A DNA stretch of 29,947 nt, taken from the UHGV virus genome UHGV-0175251, one strand, 5' to 3'. Shown piece after piece: positions 9,234 through 15,773 of this stretch (its first letter is position 1; each line of letters opens with the position of its first letter). Position numbers and translations under genes: made by a program. The DNA comes from a virus. The notes under the pieces were generated by a model that searched no databases, was not told the origin of the DNA, and was given only the letters and a program-made list of their open reading frames with translations.

Positions 9234-10645
9234 AACTGGCACCGAACTTAAAAAAACAGCCGCACGACAAAATGACCGAAGTCATTATTTTTGCGGGTAG
9301 TGATGCCTGGGCGCACGCGAAACAGTGGCAGGAACAGGACGGGCGACTTGCTGGCGACAACGTGCCGCCTGTATGGCTTGGAGACAACCAGCTTGACGAA
9401 CTGGCAGACCTGAAAATCATCGATGATGGTCGCTATTGTGTCCGGCTGTACAAGGCAGGCCACATCAAGCCGTCAAATATTAATGCCATCGGGCAAAAGC
9501 TGGCGGCGGCAGGTGTACGGGATGCGAATTATTACCCTGAGGGAATGCACAGCCAGAAGCTGGAGAACTGGCACGACTACCTGCAACGGATCCGCGAACA
9601 GGCAGAGCGCGGGGAAATACTTACTGACGAGCAATACAGCCAGCGAAAAACCACACTACCAATGAGCATTGGGTCCGCAGGATACGACACACAGCTTGAT
9701 TATGTCGTTAAGGGCGTGATTCCGGCTAATTCGTTGTGCAGCACATACGGCGCGAGCGGTTCCTATAAATCGTTCCTCGCGTGTTCCTGGGCGTGTCATG
9801 TTGCCACGGGTCGCCACTGGGGAGGCCGCAGGGTGGCGCATGGTTCGGTGATGTATGTTGTCGGTGAAGGGGGTATAGGTGTCCCCCGCCGTATCAAGGC
9901 ATGGGAAATCGTTAATGATGAACGGGTGGAAAATTTGTACCTGGTAAACCGCCCGATTTTTCCGGCTGTCCCGCTTGATGTTGATGAAATGGTTATCGCG
10001 TCCCGCCAGGTTGAACGGGAAACGGGTAAACCGGTACGCATGATTATTCTGGATACGCTGGCGCGTTGCTTTGGTGGTAATGATGAAAATGACGCGCGGG
10101 ATATGGGGGCGTTTATCCGTGGATGTGACGAACTGAAACGACGCACAGGGGCCACGGTGCTGGTGGTTCACCATTCCGGCAAGGATGAAACAAAGGGGGC
10201 ACGTGGTTCCAGTGCATTTCGTGCATCTCTGGACGCTGAATACCGTATTCGCCGTGAAGGTGCGGACAGTGAAGCCCTGGTTATCTCCTGCACCAAAATG
10301 AAGGACGCGGAGGAACTGAAAGAGGCTGCATATGATTTACGCGTGGTGGAGCTTTTTACCGACGCTGACAAGGAGTTAATCACGTCGCTGGTGGTTGTGG
10401 ATAAGCCGCGCCCACCAGTTGAACTGGAGCGCATCGAGGAAGCCGGGAACAAGACGGAGAATCACGCCGCGCTATGGGGCTGTATCCGTTCACGCACACA
10501 GCGCGGCGATAAATGCACTATCCCGTTATTGCGTGATGATATGAAAAAGCTGGGGTATGAGATGAAGCACTTTAGTCGCTGGTTACGCAAGCTGGAAAGT
10601 GACGACGTAATCGCTATTGACGGCGATGATGTTCACCCGATGTAA
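9230..10645 (+). CDS. replication initiator / RepA-like (AAA_25-type) helicase
   Basis: 471 aa. Deviant Walker A GASGSYKS, Walker B-like RMIILDTLARCF and VLVVHHSGKDETKG motif typical of RepA-like RecA-fold helicases. Iterons immediately downstream. Primase activity cannot be judged from sequence alone. Confidence 0.7.
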   Translation: MKLAPNLKKQPHDKMTEVIIFAGSDAWAHAKQWQEQDGRLAGDNVPPVWLGDNQLDELADLKIIDDGRYCVRLYKAGHIKPSNINAIGQKLAAAGVRDANYYPEGMHSQKLENWHDYLQRIREQAERGEILTDEQYSQRKTTLPMSIGSAGYDTQLDYVVKGVIPANSLCSTYGASGSYKSFLACSWACHVATGRHWGGRRVAHGSVMYVVGEGGIGVPRRIKAWEIVNDERVENLYLVNRPIFPAVPLDVDEMVIASRQVERETGKPVRMIILDTLARCFGGNDENDARDMGAFIRGCDELKRRTGATVLVVHHSGKDETKGARGSSAFRASLDAEYRIRREGADSEALVISCTKMKDAEELKEAAYDLRVVELFTDADKELITSLVVVDKPRPPVELERIEEAGNKTENHAALWGCIRSRTQRGDKCTIPLLRDDMKKLGYEMKHFSRWLRKLESDDVIAIDGDDVHPM

Positions 10646-10850
10646 AAAGTGGGGAACAAAAGTGGGGAGAGTGGGGAATTTAACAAAAAATCAACGTTAC
10701 TCCCCACTTTCCCACCTGTATATACCCAAAAAAGTGGGGAGTAAAAAACACATTGAAAAACATCACGTTAGAATCACAAAAAAACGAGGTGGGGAGCAAG
10801 TGGGGAATTTTAAAAAGTGGGGAACAAAAGTGGGGAGTGGTGGGGAATGA
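10646..10850. repeat. iteron array: about 10 copies of GTGGGGA (candidate ori)
   Basis: GTGGGGA at 10649, 10662, 10671, 10734, 10789, 10800, 10817, 10830, 10840 and inverted (TCCCCAC) at 10701, set in A-rich DNA directly after the rep stop. Confidence 0.75.
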
Positions 10851-11098
10851 ACAGAAAAACCAGAGATAAAACAGTGCCAAAATATCGCGCATTAGACATG
10901 ACAGAGCACGCCTTAAAGGTGGCAATCAGAACGATAGACCGCCACGCCGGGGAAGGATACGCGAAAGCACATCCCGAACTGATAAGCGCATTCATGGCCA
11001 CGACGGCGGCAAACTTTGCCACGCTGACAGAACGGGAGATTGCCGAAGCGGAACAGGTGACAACCATCAACGTTAAAACCGGAGAGCAAACAGCATGA
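10847..11098 (+). CDS. hypothetical protein (83 aa)
   Basis: ATG at 10847 at the end of the iterons; overlaps the SSB start. Confidence 0.4.
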   Translation: MNRKTRDKTVPKYRALDMTEHALKVAIRTIDRHAGEGYAKAHPELISAFMATTAANFATLTEREIAEAEQVTTINVKTGEQTA

Positions 11099-11517
11099 CA
11101 GCACAGATAGCGGCTTACGGGCGGCTGGTGGCTGACCCACAGTTAAAGACCACCAGCAAAGGGACACAAATGGCGATGGCGAGTATGGCGGTTCCCCTGC
11201 CGTGCAGCCAAGCAGATGACGGAACGGCGACGATGTGGTTATCCGTCCTGGCGTTTGGCAGACAGGCCGACGCACTGGCAAAACACCACAAAGGCGAACT
11301 GGTGAGCGTGGCGGGTAACATGCAGGTAAGCCAGTGGACAGGCCAGAACGGCGAAACGCGGCAGGGCTGGCAGGTTATCGCAGACAGCGTAATCAGTGCC
11401 AGAACGGCGCGACCGGGCGGCAAAAAAGGCCAGCAGGGCCAGGCTACTGACGCACTGAACAGGGCAAAACAACAGGCGGGAAATGATGATCCGTACTGGG
11501 ATAACATACCGTTTTAA
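11095..11517 (+). CDS. ssb: single-stranded DNA-binding protein
   Basis: 140 aa with OB-fold-like pattern (GRLVADPQL...W.SV.AFG..A..L.KH.KGELVSVAG...W....G..R....V) and an acidic C-terminal tip ...DPYWDNIPF resembling the E. coli SSB DDDIPF tail. Confidence 0.65.
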   Translation: MTAQIAAYGRLVADPQLKTTSKGTQMAMASMAVPLPCSQADDGTATMWLSVLAFGRQADALAKHHKGELVSVAGNMQVSQWTGQNGETRQGWQVIADSVISARTARPGGKKGQQGQATDALNRAKQQAGNDDPYWDNIPF

Positions 11518-11533
11518 GCAACGAGTGACAGAA

Positions 11534-11597
11534 GCCGGGATTTTTCCCGGCTTTTTTGTGCGCAAAAAAAATCCCCCGGGATGAGGTTCCGGGGGAT
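11534..11597. terminator. pair of hairpins: + strand terminator (11534-11558) and a minus-oriented one (11571-11597)
   Basis: GCCGGGA / TTTTT / TCCCGGC then TTTTTT; followed by AAAAAAAA, ATCCCCCGG / 9-nt loop / CCGGGGGAT. Confidence 0.7.
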
Positions 11598-11674
11598 TTC
11601 ACGCCGCTAACGTGATTAGCGCTGAATGACTCTGTGGTACAAGGAGTAAAACCACGGCATCATGATTTCATGAT

Positions 11675-11723
11675 TTGCAACAACAGTCAATGTCATTGCA
11701 AAAAATGCAATGATAATTAAAAT
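11675..11723 (+). promoter_or_regulatory. candidate promoter with overlapping palindromic operator for the capsid module
   Basis: TTGCAA (11696-11701), 16-bp spacer, TAAAAT (11718-11723). Perfect palindrome CATTGCA-AAAAA-TGCAATG (11694-11712) overlaps the -35. Confidence 0.45.
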
Positions 11724-11775
11724 CATGAATGACTTTTCGTTATGTTTATTTTTTAGTCAAAGAGGAATCTCATTT

Positions 11776-11982
11776 ATGGGAACACAGAAGCCGGGCGGTG
11801 TATCCGTGTACATCAGCCCCGATATTATCGCCGCACTTAATGCGCGCTTTGAGGAGAACGCAGAGGCAGGAAAAAAAATCGGCCTTGATCCGTTGTGCCT
11901 GGTGAAGCCGTCAGTCGGCTGGATGGTACGCAGCCATTTACGCGCTGCGCTTGGTATGAATCAGCCTCATGGGGGTGAGTAA
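11776..11982 (+). CDS. hypothetical small protein, possibly ribbon-helix-helix
   Basis: 68 aa, AAGAGG SD. VSVYISPDIIAALNARFEENAEAGKK...WMVRSHLRAAL is compatible with an RHH fold. Stop overlaps the capsid-homolog start. Confidence 0.4.
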   Translation: MGTQKPGGVSVYISPDIIAALNARFEENAEAGKKIGLDPLCLVKPSVGWMVRSHLRAALGMNQPHGGE

Positions 11983-13037
11983 TGACAGCGCCGCAACTGG
12001 TAAGCACACCAACGCTACTGAAAAATATCGGGCGCGAAGATGTGCCGGAATTTAAATTTAATCCACTCTTTACTACGTTGTTCTTTCCGAACGTCGCTAC
12101 TTTCAGCACCAGAGATATTGCACTTGATACGCTGGATATTGAAAACGTGGTCATGAGTCCGTTTTGTTCTCCAATGTCAGGCAGCCAGGTTATGCGTGAC
12201 AAAGGTTTCACAACGAACACGTTCACGCCGGGTTATATGAAGCCCAAACACGTTATTGATCCCACCAAAACAATCATGCGCATGGCTGGAGAACAGATCG
12301 GCAATGGTCAGTCTTCCCCGGCACTACGCCGCGTAAAAATGGTTCACGACAGCCAGAAAAAACAGCTTGCTGCCATCAAAGCGCGTGTTGAATGGCTGGC
12401 GGTCAATGCCATCACAACAGGCCGTAACGTTATTGAAGGCGAAGGCATTGAGCGTTATGAAATTGACTGGGGATTACCCGCAACCAATCATATTACGCAG
12501 GCTGGCGGGAAAGAATGGTCAAAACAGGATGCCGAAACGTTTGATCCGATAAGCGACATTGAGGCTTACGCTGATTTTTCCAAAGGTACGGTAAATATTA
12601 TCGTCATGGGTGGCGAAGCCTGGCGTATTTTGCGCTCGTTCCGTCGATTCCGCGAACTCCTGGACACGCGTCGCGGTTCAAACTCGTCACTTGAACTTGC
12701 GCTAAAAGATTTGGGCGGCGTTGTCAGCTTCAAGGGGTATCTCGGTGATGTGGCGCTCGTGGTTTATTCCGGTCGTTATGACGACGAATACGGGCAGCAG
12801 CAATATTTCCTGAAACAAAACATGCTGGTTTTCGGCAATACCGAAAATAAAGGCCTTGTTGCTTATGGTGCCATCATGGATCAGGACGCGGCACGCGAGG
12901 GGTTTTCTGAGGGGATGTACTACCCGAAAAATTATATCGTACCTGGCGATCCGGCGATTGAATACGTGCAGACGCACAGCGCCCCGCAGCCAGTACCCGT
13001 GGATATTGGTCGCTTTGTTACCGTCGAAGTGAAATAA
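11982..13037 (+). CDS. major capsid protein homolog (lambda gpE-like), element-encoded
   Basis: 351 aa. Shares FTPGY.KPKH, NITQAGG[KR]EWSKQ[DN]A[ED]TFDP, REKLDTRRGS, ALKDLG.VVSFKGY, GNT...G..YGAI.D and YPK motifs with the prophage E protein (17825-18853) and with lambda gpE. Confidence 0.9.
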   Translation: MTAPQLVSTPTLLKNIGREDVPEFKFNPLFTTLFFPNVATFSTRDIALDTLDIENVVMSPFCSPMSGSQVMRDKGFTTNTFTPGYMKPKHVIDPTKTIMRMAGEQIGNGQSSPALRRVKMVHDSQKKQLAAIKARVEWLAVNAITTGRNVIEGEGIERYEIDWGLPATNHITQAGGKEWSKQDAETFDPISDIEAYADFSKGTVNIIVMGGEAWRILRSFRRFRELLDTRRGSNSSLELALKDLGGVVSFKGYLGDVALVVYSGRYDDEYGQQQYFLKQNMLVFGNTENKGLVAYGAIMDQDAAREGFSEGMYYPKNYIVPGDPAIEYVQTHSAPQPVPVDIGRFVTVEVK

Positions 13038-13047
13038 AGGGGATCGT

Positions 13048-13377
13048 ATGCCAACACCTTACACGCAATTCCTTTCCGGCACGCAGGAACTGGTCAGCAC
13101 GCTGGCCTGTTTTGCCAGTGCCGGAGAAATTAAAGCGAGAACTCCGCTGATGCAGAACGGCGCGGGCCTGATGGTTGAGTGGGACGGTACACCCGGTAAG
13201 GCGGTGTATCTGACCATATCGGACATTAACACGGCCACAAAAAACCGCGCACAGGTTTATAAGTGCGGGGTTTTTAATATCGATGAAATTAACTGGCCTG
13301 ATACAGCGGACACGTTCGAGAAAAAAGTGTCGGCTTTTGTTGGTTCCGGTATTTCCGTGCAGCCTTTAGGGCAATAA
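13048..13377 (+). CDS. head decoration protein homolog (lambda gpD-like), element-encoded
   Basis: 109 aa directly after the capsid homolog. TPLM, WDG and AFVGSGIS motifs shared with the prophage D (17420-17755). Confidence 0.7.
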   Translation: MPTPYTQFLSGTQELVSTLACFASAGEIKARTPLMQNGAGLMVEWDGTPGKAVYLTISDINTATKNRAQVYKCGVFNIDEINWPDTADTFEKKVSAFVGSGISVQPLGQ

Positions 13378-13391
13378 TTTTGTGGTGATTT

Positions 13392-13817
13392 ATGACTGAG
13401 AAAGCAAATTCAACCAGAGCATTGATCATGGCACTGCCTGAGGCGCAGAAATACCCGACGCTTGCGGAAAATCTCGCAAATAATGGCGCATCACTGACAG
13501 AAGCCCGAACGGTGCTTACTGCAAAGGCTGAGAGTGATAAACAGCGCATAGAGGGTATCAAGGCGTTACCGCTGGCATCAAAATACCCTGAGTTCACCAG
13601 TAAGCTGATTGAGTGTGGTTCTGAAGTAATGACAGTAACCTATGCACAAACGTTACTGGCTGCCGTGGATGCCCAGGCAATGATGCAGGAAAAGAAAACG
13701 GCTTTTCTGTTTGAAGCGTACATGGAAAAGCACAGCCCGAAATGTGTTGGATCAGCAGCCGGTGATGGCAACGCCGGACTGACCGAAGATGAAAAGCTGT
13801 TGCTGTCTGTTAAGTAA
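13392..13817 (+). CDS. scaffold-like protein (Nu3-like repeats), element-encoded
   Basis: 141 aa. Two repeat-like units (ALPEAQKYPTLAENL..., ALPLASKYPEFTSKL...) and C-terminus TAFLFEAYMEKH...GDGNAGLTEDEKLL resemble the repeat unit and C-terminus of the prophage C/Nu3 (...VTLFERFMAQH...GTAGNGEEELL). Confidence 0.6.
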   Translation: MTEKANSTRALIMALPEAQKYPTLAENLANNGASLTEARTVLTAKAESDKQRIEGIKALPLASKYPEFTSKLIECGSEVMTVTYAQTLLAAVDAQAMMQEKKTAFLFEAYMEKHSPKCVGSAAGDGNAGLTEDEKLLLSVK

Positions 13818-13830
13818 CTGAAATGAACGT

Positions 13831-13863
13831 TCGCGAGGCTGGCAAGGTCTCGCGATTTTTTTT
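13831..13863 (+). terminator. rho-independent terminator after the capsid module
   Basis: TCGCGAG / 11-nt loop / CTCGCGA followed by eight Ts. Confidence 0.8.
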
Positions 13864-13896
13864 GTATCCGTAACGGTGGTGATCGCCCCAATTTTC

Positions 13897-13975
13897 ACGG
13901 GTCCTTTCCAGAACCAGAAACACCGCGGGGCGGCAGACGCGCAAAAAAGCGCTATTTATGACGCTTTCCGGGAAA
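13897..13975 (+). promoter_or_regulatory. element-borne cos site
   Basis: ACGGGTCCTTTCC (13897-13909), GGGGCGGCAG (13927-13936) and GCTATTTATGA (13951-13961) reproduce the prophage cos motifs at 509/540/564 with nearly identical spacing (30 vs 31 and 24 vs 24 nt). Flanking sequence differs. Confidence 0.75.
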
Positions 13976-14028
13976 GGGTACACCACCACCACTTGATTAA
14001 TATTTAATCGCATTATTAAGGTAACGTT

Positions 14029-14469
14029 ATGAATAATAAAGATTGTTTTGTTAGTCAGCAGGAAATAGCAGAACATTTCAAGGTCAACAGAACCACTATT
14101 CGCGCATGGACCAAACAGGGCATGCCGTATCTTGATGCGGATCGCGGAAAGTCCGGCGGTTATCACATCGGACACACATTATTCTGGTGCATGGGTAAAA
14201 GTCATCTTGATGCTATTGAGTACCACGGAGAAACCAGCGCACTGGAAAAGATTATGGTTGCCAGGTTGATTTCATTAGAGCGCGACGAGTATTTCAGTGA
14301 AGAAACAGAACAGCGATTTGATAATGGTCTGCAGATTTACGGGTACTCGCCGGAAGATGTGAGCAAGGCACGAAATAAAATGGCTGGCTTTCTGGCTGGG
14401 TGGCGTCATGCCGTAGCCGTTCGCCGTGAGCATCTGCAACAATCTGTAGTTACAGAGCAGGAAAACTAA
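14029..14469 (+). CDS. small terminase-like protein (Nu1-like N-terminal HTH)
   Basis: 146 aa just downstream of the element cos. N-terminus VSQQEIAEHFKVNRTTIRAWTKQGMPYLDADRGKSGG parallels Nu1 ([24 protein letters not shown]...GGSKG). The C-terminal half is unrelated to Nu1. Confidence 0.65.
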   Translation: MNNKDCFVSQQEIAEHFKVNRTTIRAWTKQGMPYLDADRGKSGGYHIGHTLFWCMGKSHLDAIEYHGETSALEKIMVARLISLERDEYFSEETEQRFDNGLQIYGYSPEDVSKARNKMAGFLAGWRHAVAVRREHLQQSVVTEQEN

Positions 14470-14476
14470 TAAGTAT

Positions 14477-14573
14477 GCAATACAACAACCGCGTATTTTT
14501 GTTAAACCATTTGATTTAATTGGCATTTTTGGAGCCATAACATCAAAAAAACACCCTCAGGTTGTTGTATTGC
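14477..14573. repeat. 14-bp perfect inverted repeat GCAATACAACAACC / GGTTGTTGTATTGC separated by 69 bp
   Basis: 14477-14490 and 14560-14573; contains the GTATTGC motif also present in the arm-type repeats. Confidence 0.5.
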
Positions 14574-14751
14574 TTTCAGTTTTCTCTTAGTTATCAAATG
14601 GATATAACAAACAATTAAACAACAACCACCCCCTCAAAAAATCTCATAAACAGCGCGTTTTTGCGCGTATGGCTACCCCCGGTGTTTTATTTTCCAGGAA
14701 GGACCCGCCACAATTACGGCATTGTTTTCCATCACCACGGAGGCCATGACA

Positions 14752-14937
14752 ATGACCGAAGCCGAAATGCTCAAAATGATTCGCCGCGTTACCGGATCCA
14801 GCAAGACAGCAGGCAAACAGGAGACCACGCAGCCGGACAGCGTGATAGCCGAAAATTACGCGCGTGTGGTGGCTGAGGTGATGCGCCGTGACGGTATTCA
14901 CAAGCAACAATTTGCGTATTGCAATGTGTATTGCTAA
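14752..14937 (+). CDS. hypothetical small protein (about 61 aa)
   Basis: GGAGG SD at 14739-14743; the 3' end runs into the arm-type repeats. Coding status uncertain. Confidence 0.3.
   Translation: MTEAEMLKMIRRVTGSSKTAGKQETTQPDSVIAENYARVVAEVMRRDGIHKQQFAYCNVYC
14913..14936. repeat. integrase arm-type repeats (right arm)
   Basis: TGCGTATTGCAA + TGTGTATTGCTA; the 19-mer GTATTGCAATGTGTATTGC at 14916-14934 is identical to 4321-4339. Confidence 0.65.
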
Positions 14938-15009
14938 CCCTCCAAACGGGGGAAATATGCAAACATAACATATTGTTTTGTCTTTTTATTTTTTCGTATC
15001 TTTTCATAA

Positions 15010-15016
15010 GCGCCAT
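15010..15016. repeat. right junction 7-bp direct repeat GCGCCAT (candidate attR overlap/core)
   Basis: Identical to 4183-4189; portal homology resumes exactly here. Confidence 0.7.
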
Positions 15017-15773
15017 GTATGCCGCCACGATTGAATCCACACTGGATTCGGAAAAAGCGTTTGAATATATCGCCGGGGTGGGAGATGGAGGTAAAAATCC
15101 CCTGAACACCATCATGAAAGGCTACGCGCGTTATTACGCCACCAATACGGTAAAACTGGGCGGGGTCCGTATTCCGCATCTTTACCCGGGAGATTCACTG
15201 AATCTGCAGACAGCCCAGAATGCGGATAATGGTTTTTCTGAACTGGAAAAGGCGCTGTTACGTTACATTGCTGCCGGACTGGGTGTGTCGTATGAGCAGC
15301 TTTCCCGGGATTATTCACAGGTCAGTTATTCCAGTGCCAGGGCATCCGCCAATGAGTCGTGGCGGTATTTTATGGGAAAACGAAAATTTGTGGCCAGTCG
15401 CCTGGCGTCACAGATGTTTGCCTGCTGGCTGGAGGAAGCCCTTATTCGTGGTGTGATCCGTCCGCCGAAATCCCGTTTCTCATTCTGGGAGGCTCGTTCC
15501 GGGTGGTGCCGTGCCGAGTGGATTGGTGCCGGTCGTATGGCGATTGATGGCCTTAAGGAAGTGCAGGAAGCGGTGATGCGCATTGAAGGCGGCCTGAGTA
15601 CATACGAGAAAGAGCTGGCCCTGATGGGGGATGACTATCAGGAGATTTTCCGCCAGCAGCTACGGGAAACTCAGGAGCGACAGGCTGCCGGTCTTCCGCG
15701 TCCGGTCTGGATAAAGAACGCGTTTCAACAGCAGATCCGACAGACAACGGGAGAAAAAGGCGATGCGCTGTAA
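15017..15773 (+). CDS. B: portal protein (lambda gpB homolog), 3' segment
   Basis: (S)AMYAATIES..., GVRIPHLYPGDSLNLQTAQNADNGF, LLRYIAAGLGVSYEQLSRDYSQVSYSSARASANESW and GRMAIDGLKEVQEAVM match the C-terminal half of the lambda portal. Joined to 3375-4189 it gives a continuous 523-codon ORF. Confidence 0.9.

Larger units (their letters stand above)
4190..15016 (+). mobile_element. 10.8-kb integrative, satellite-like element inserted in portal gene B
   Basis: Bounded by the 7-bp direct repeat. Carries integrase, AlpA, Bro-N, replication protein with iterons, SSB, capsid/decoration/scaffold homologs, a cos copy and a Nu1-like gene. Arm-type repeats lie inside both ends. Confidence 0.8.

Noticed and set aside
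9656-10174. 172-aa minus-strand ORF inside the rep gene
   Set aside because: Antisense to the RepA-like frame that carries the ATPase motifs.
10646-10850. GTGGGGA repeat array as a possible CRISPR array
   Set aside because: Repeat units are 7-10 bp with irregular spacing and one inverted copy, with no spacer-like unique segments of constant length. The position after a rep gene fits iterons.
4189-15017. Portal split explained by a frameshift or sequencing error
   Set aside because: The two halves are 10.8 kb apart and the intervening DNA encodes a coherent set of mobile-element genes with terminal repeats.
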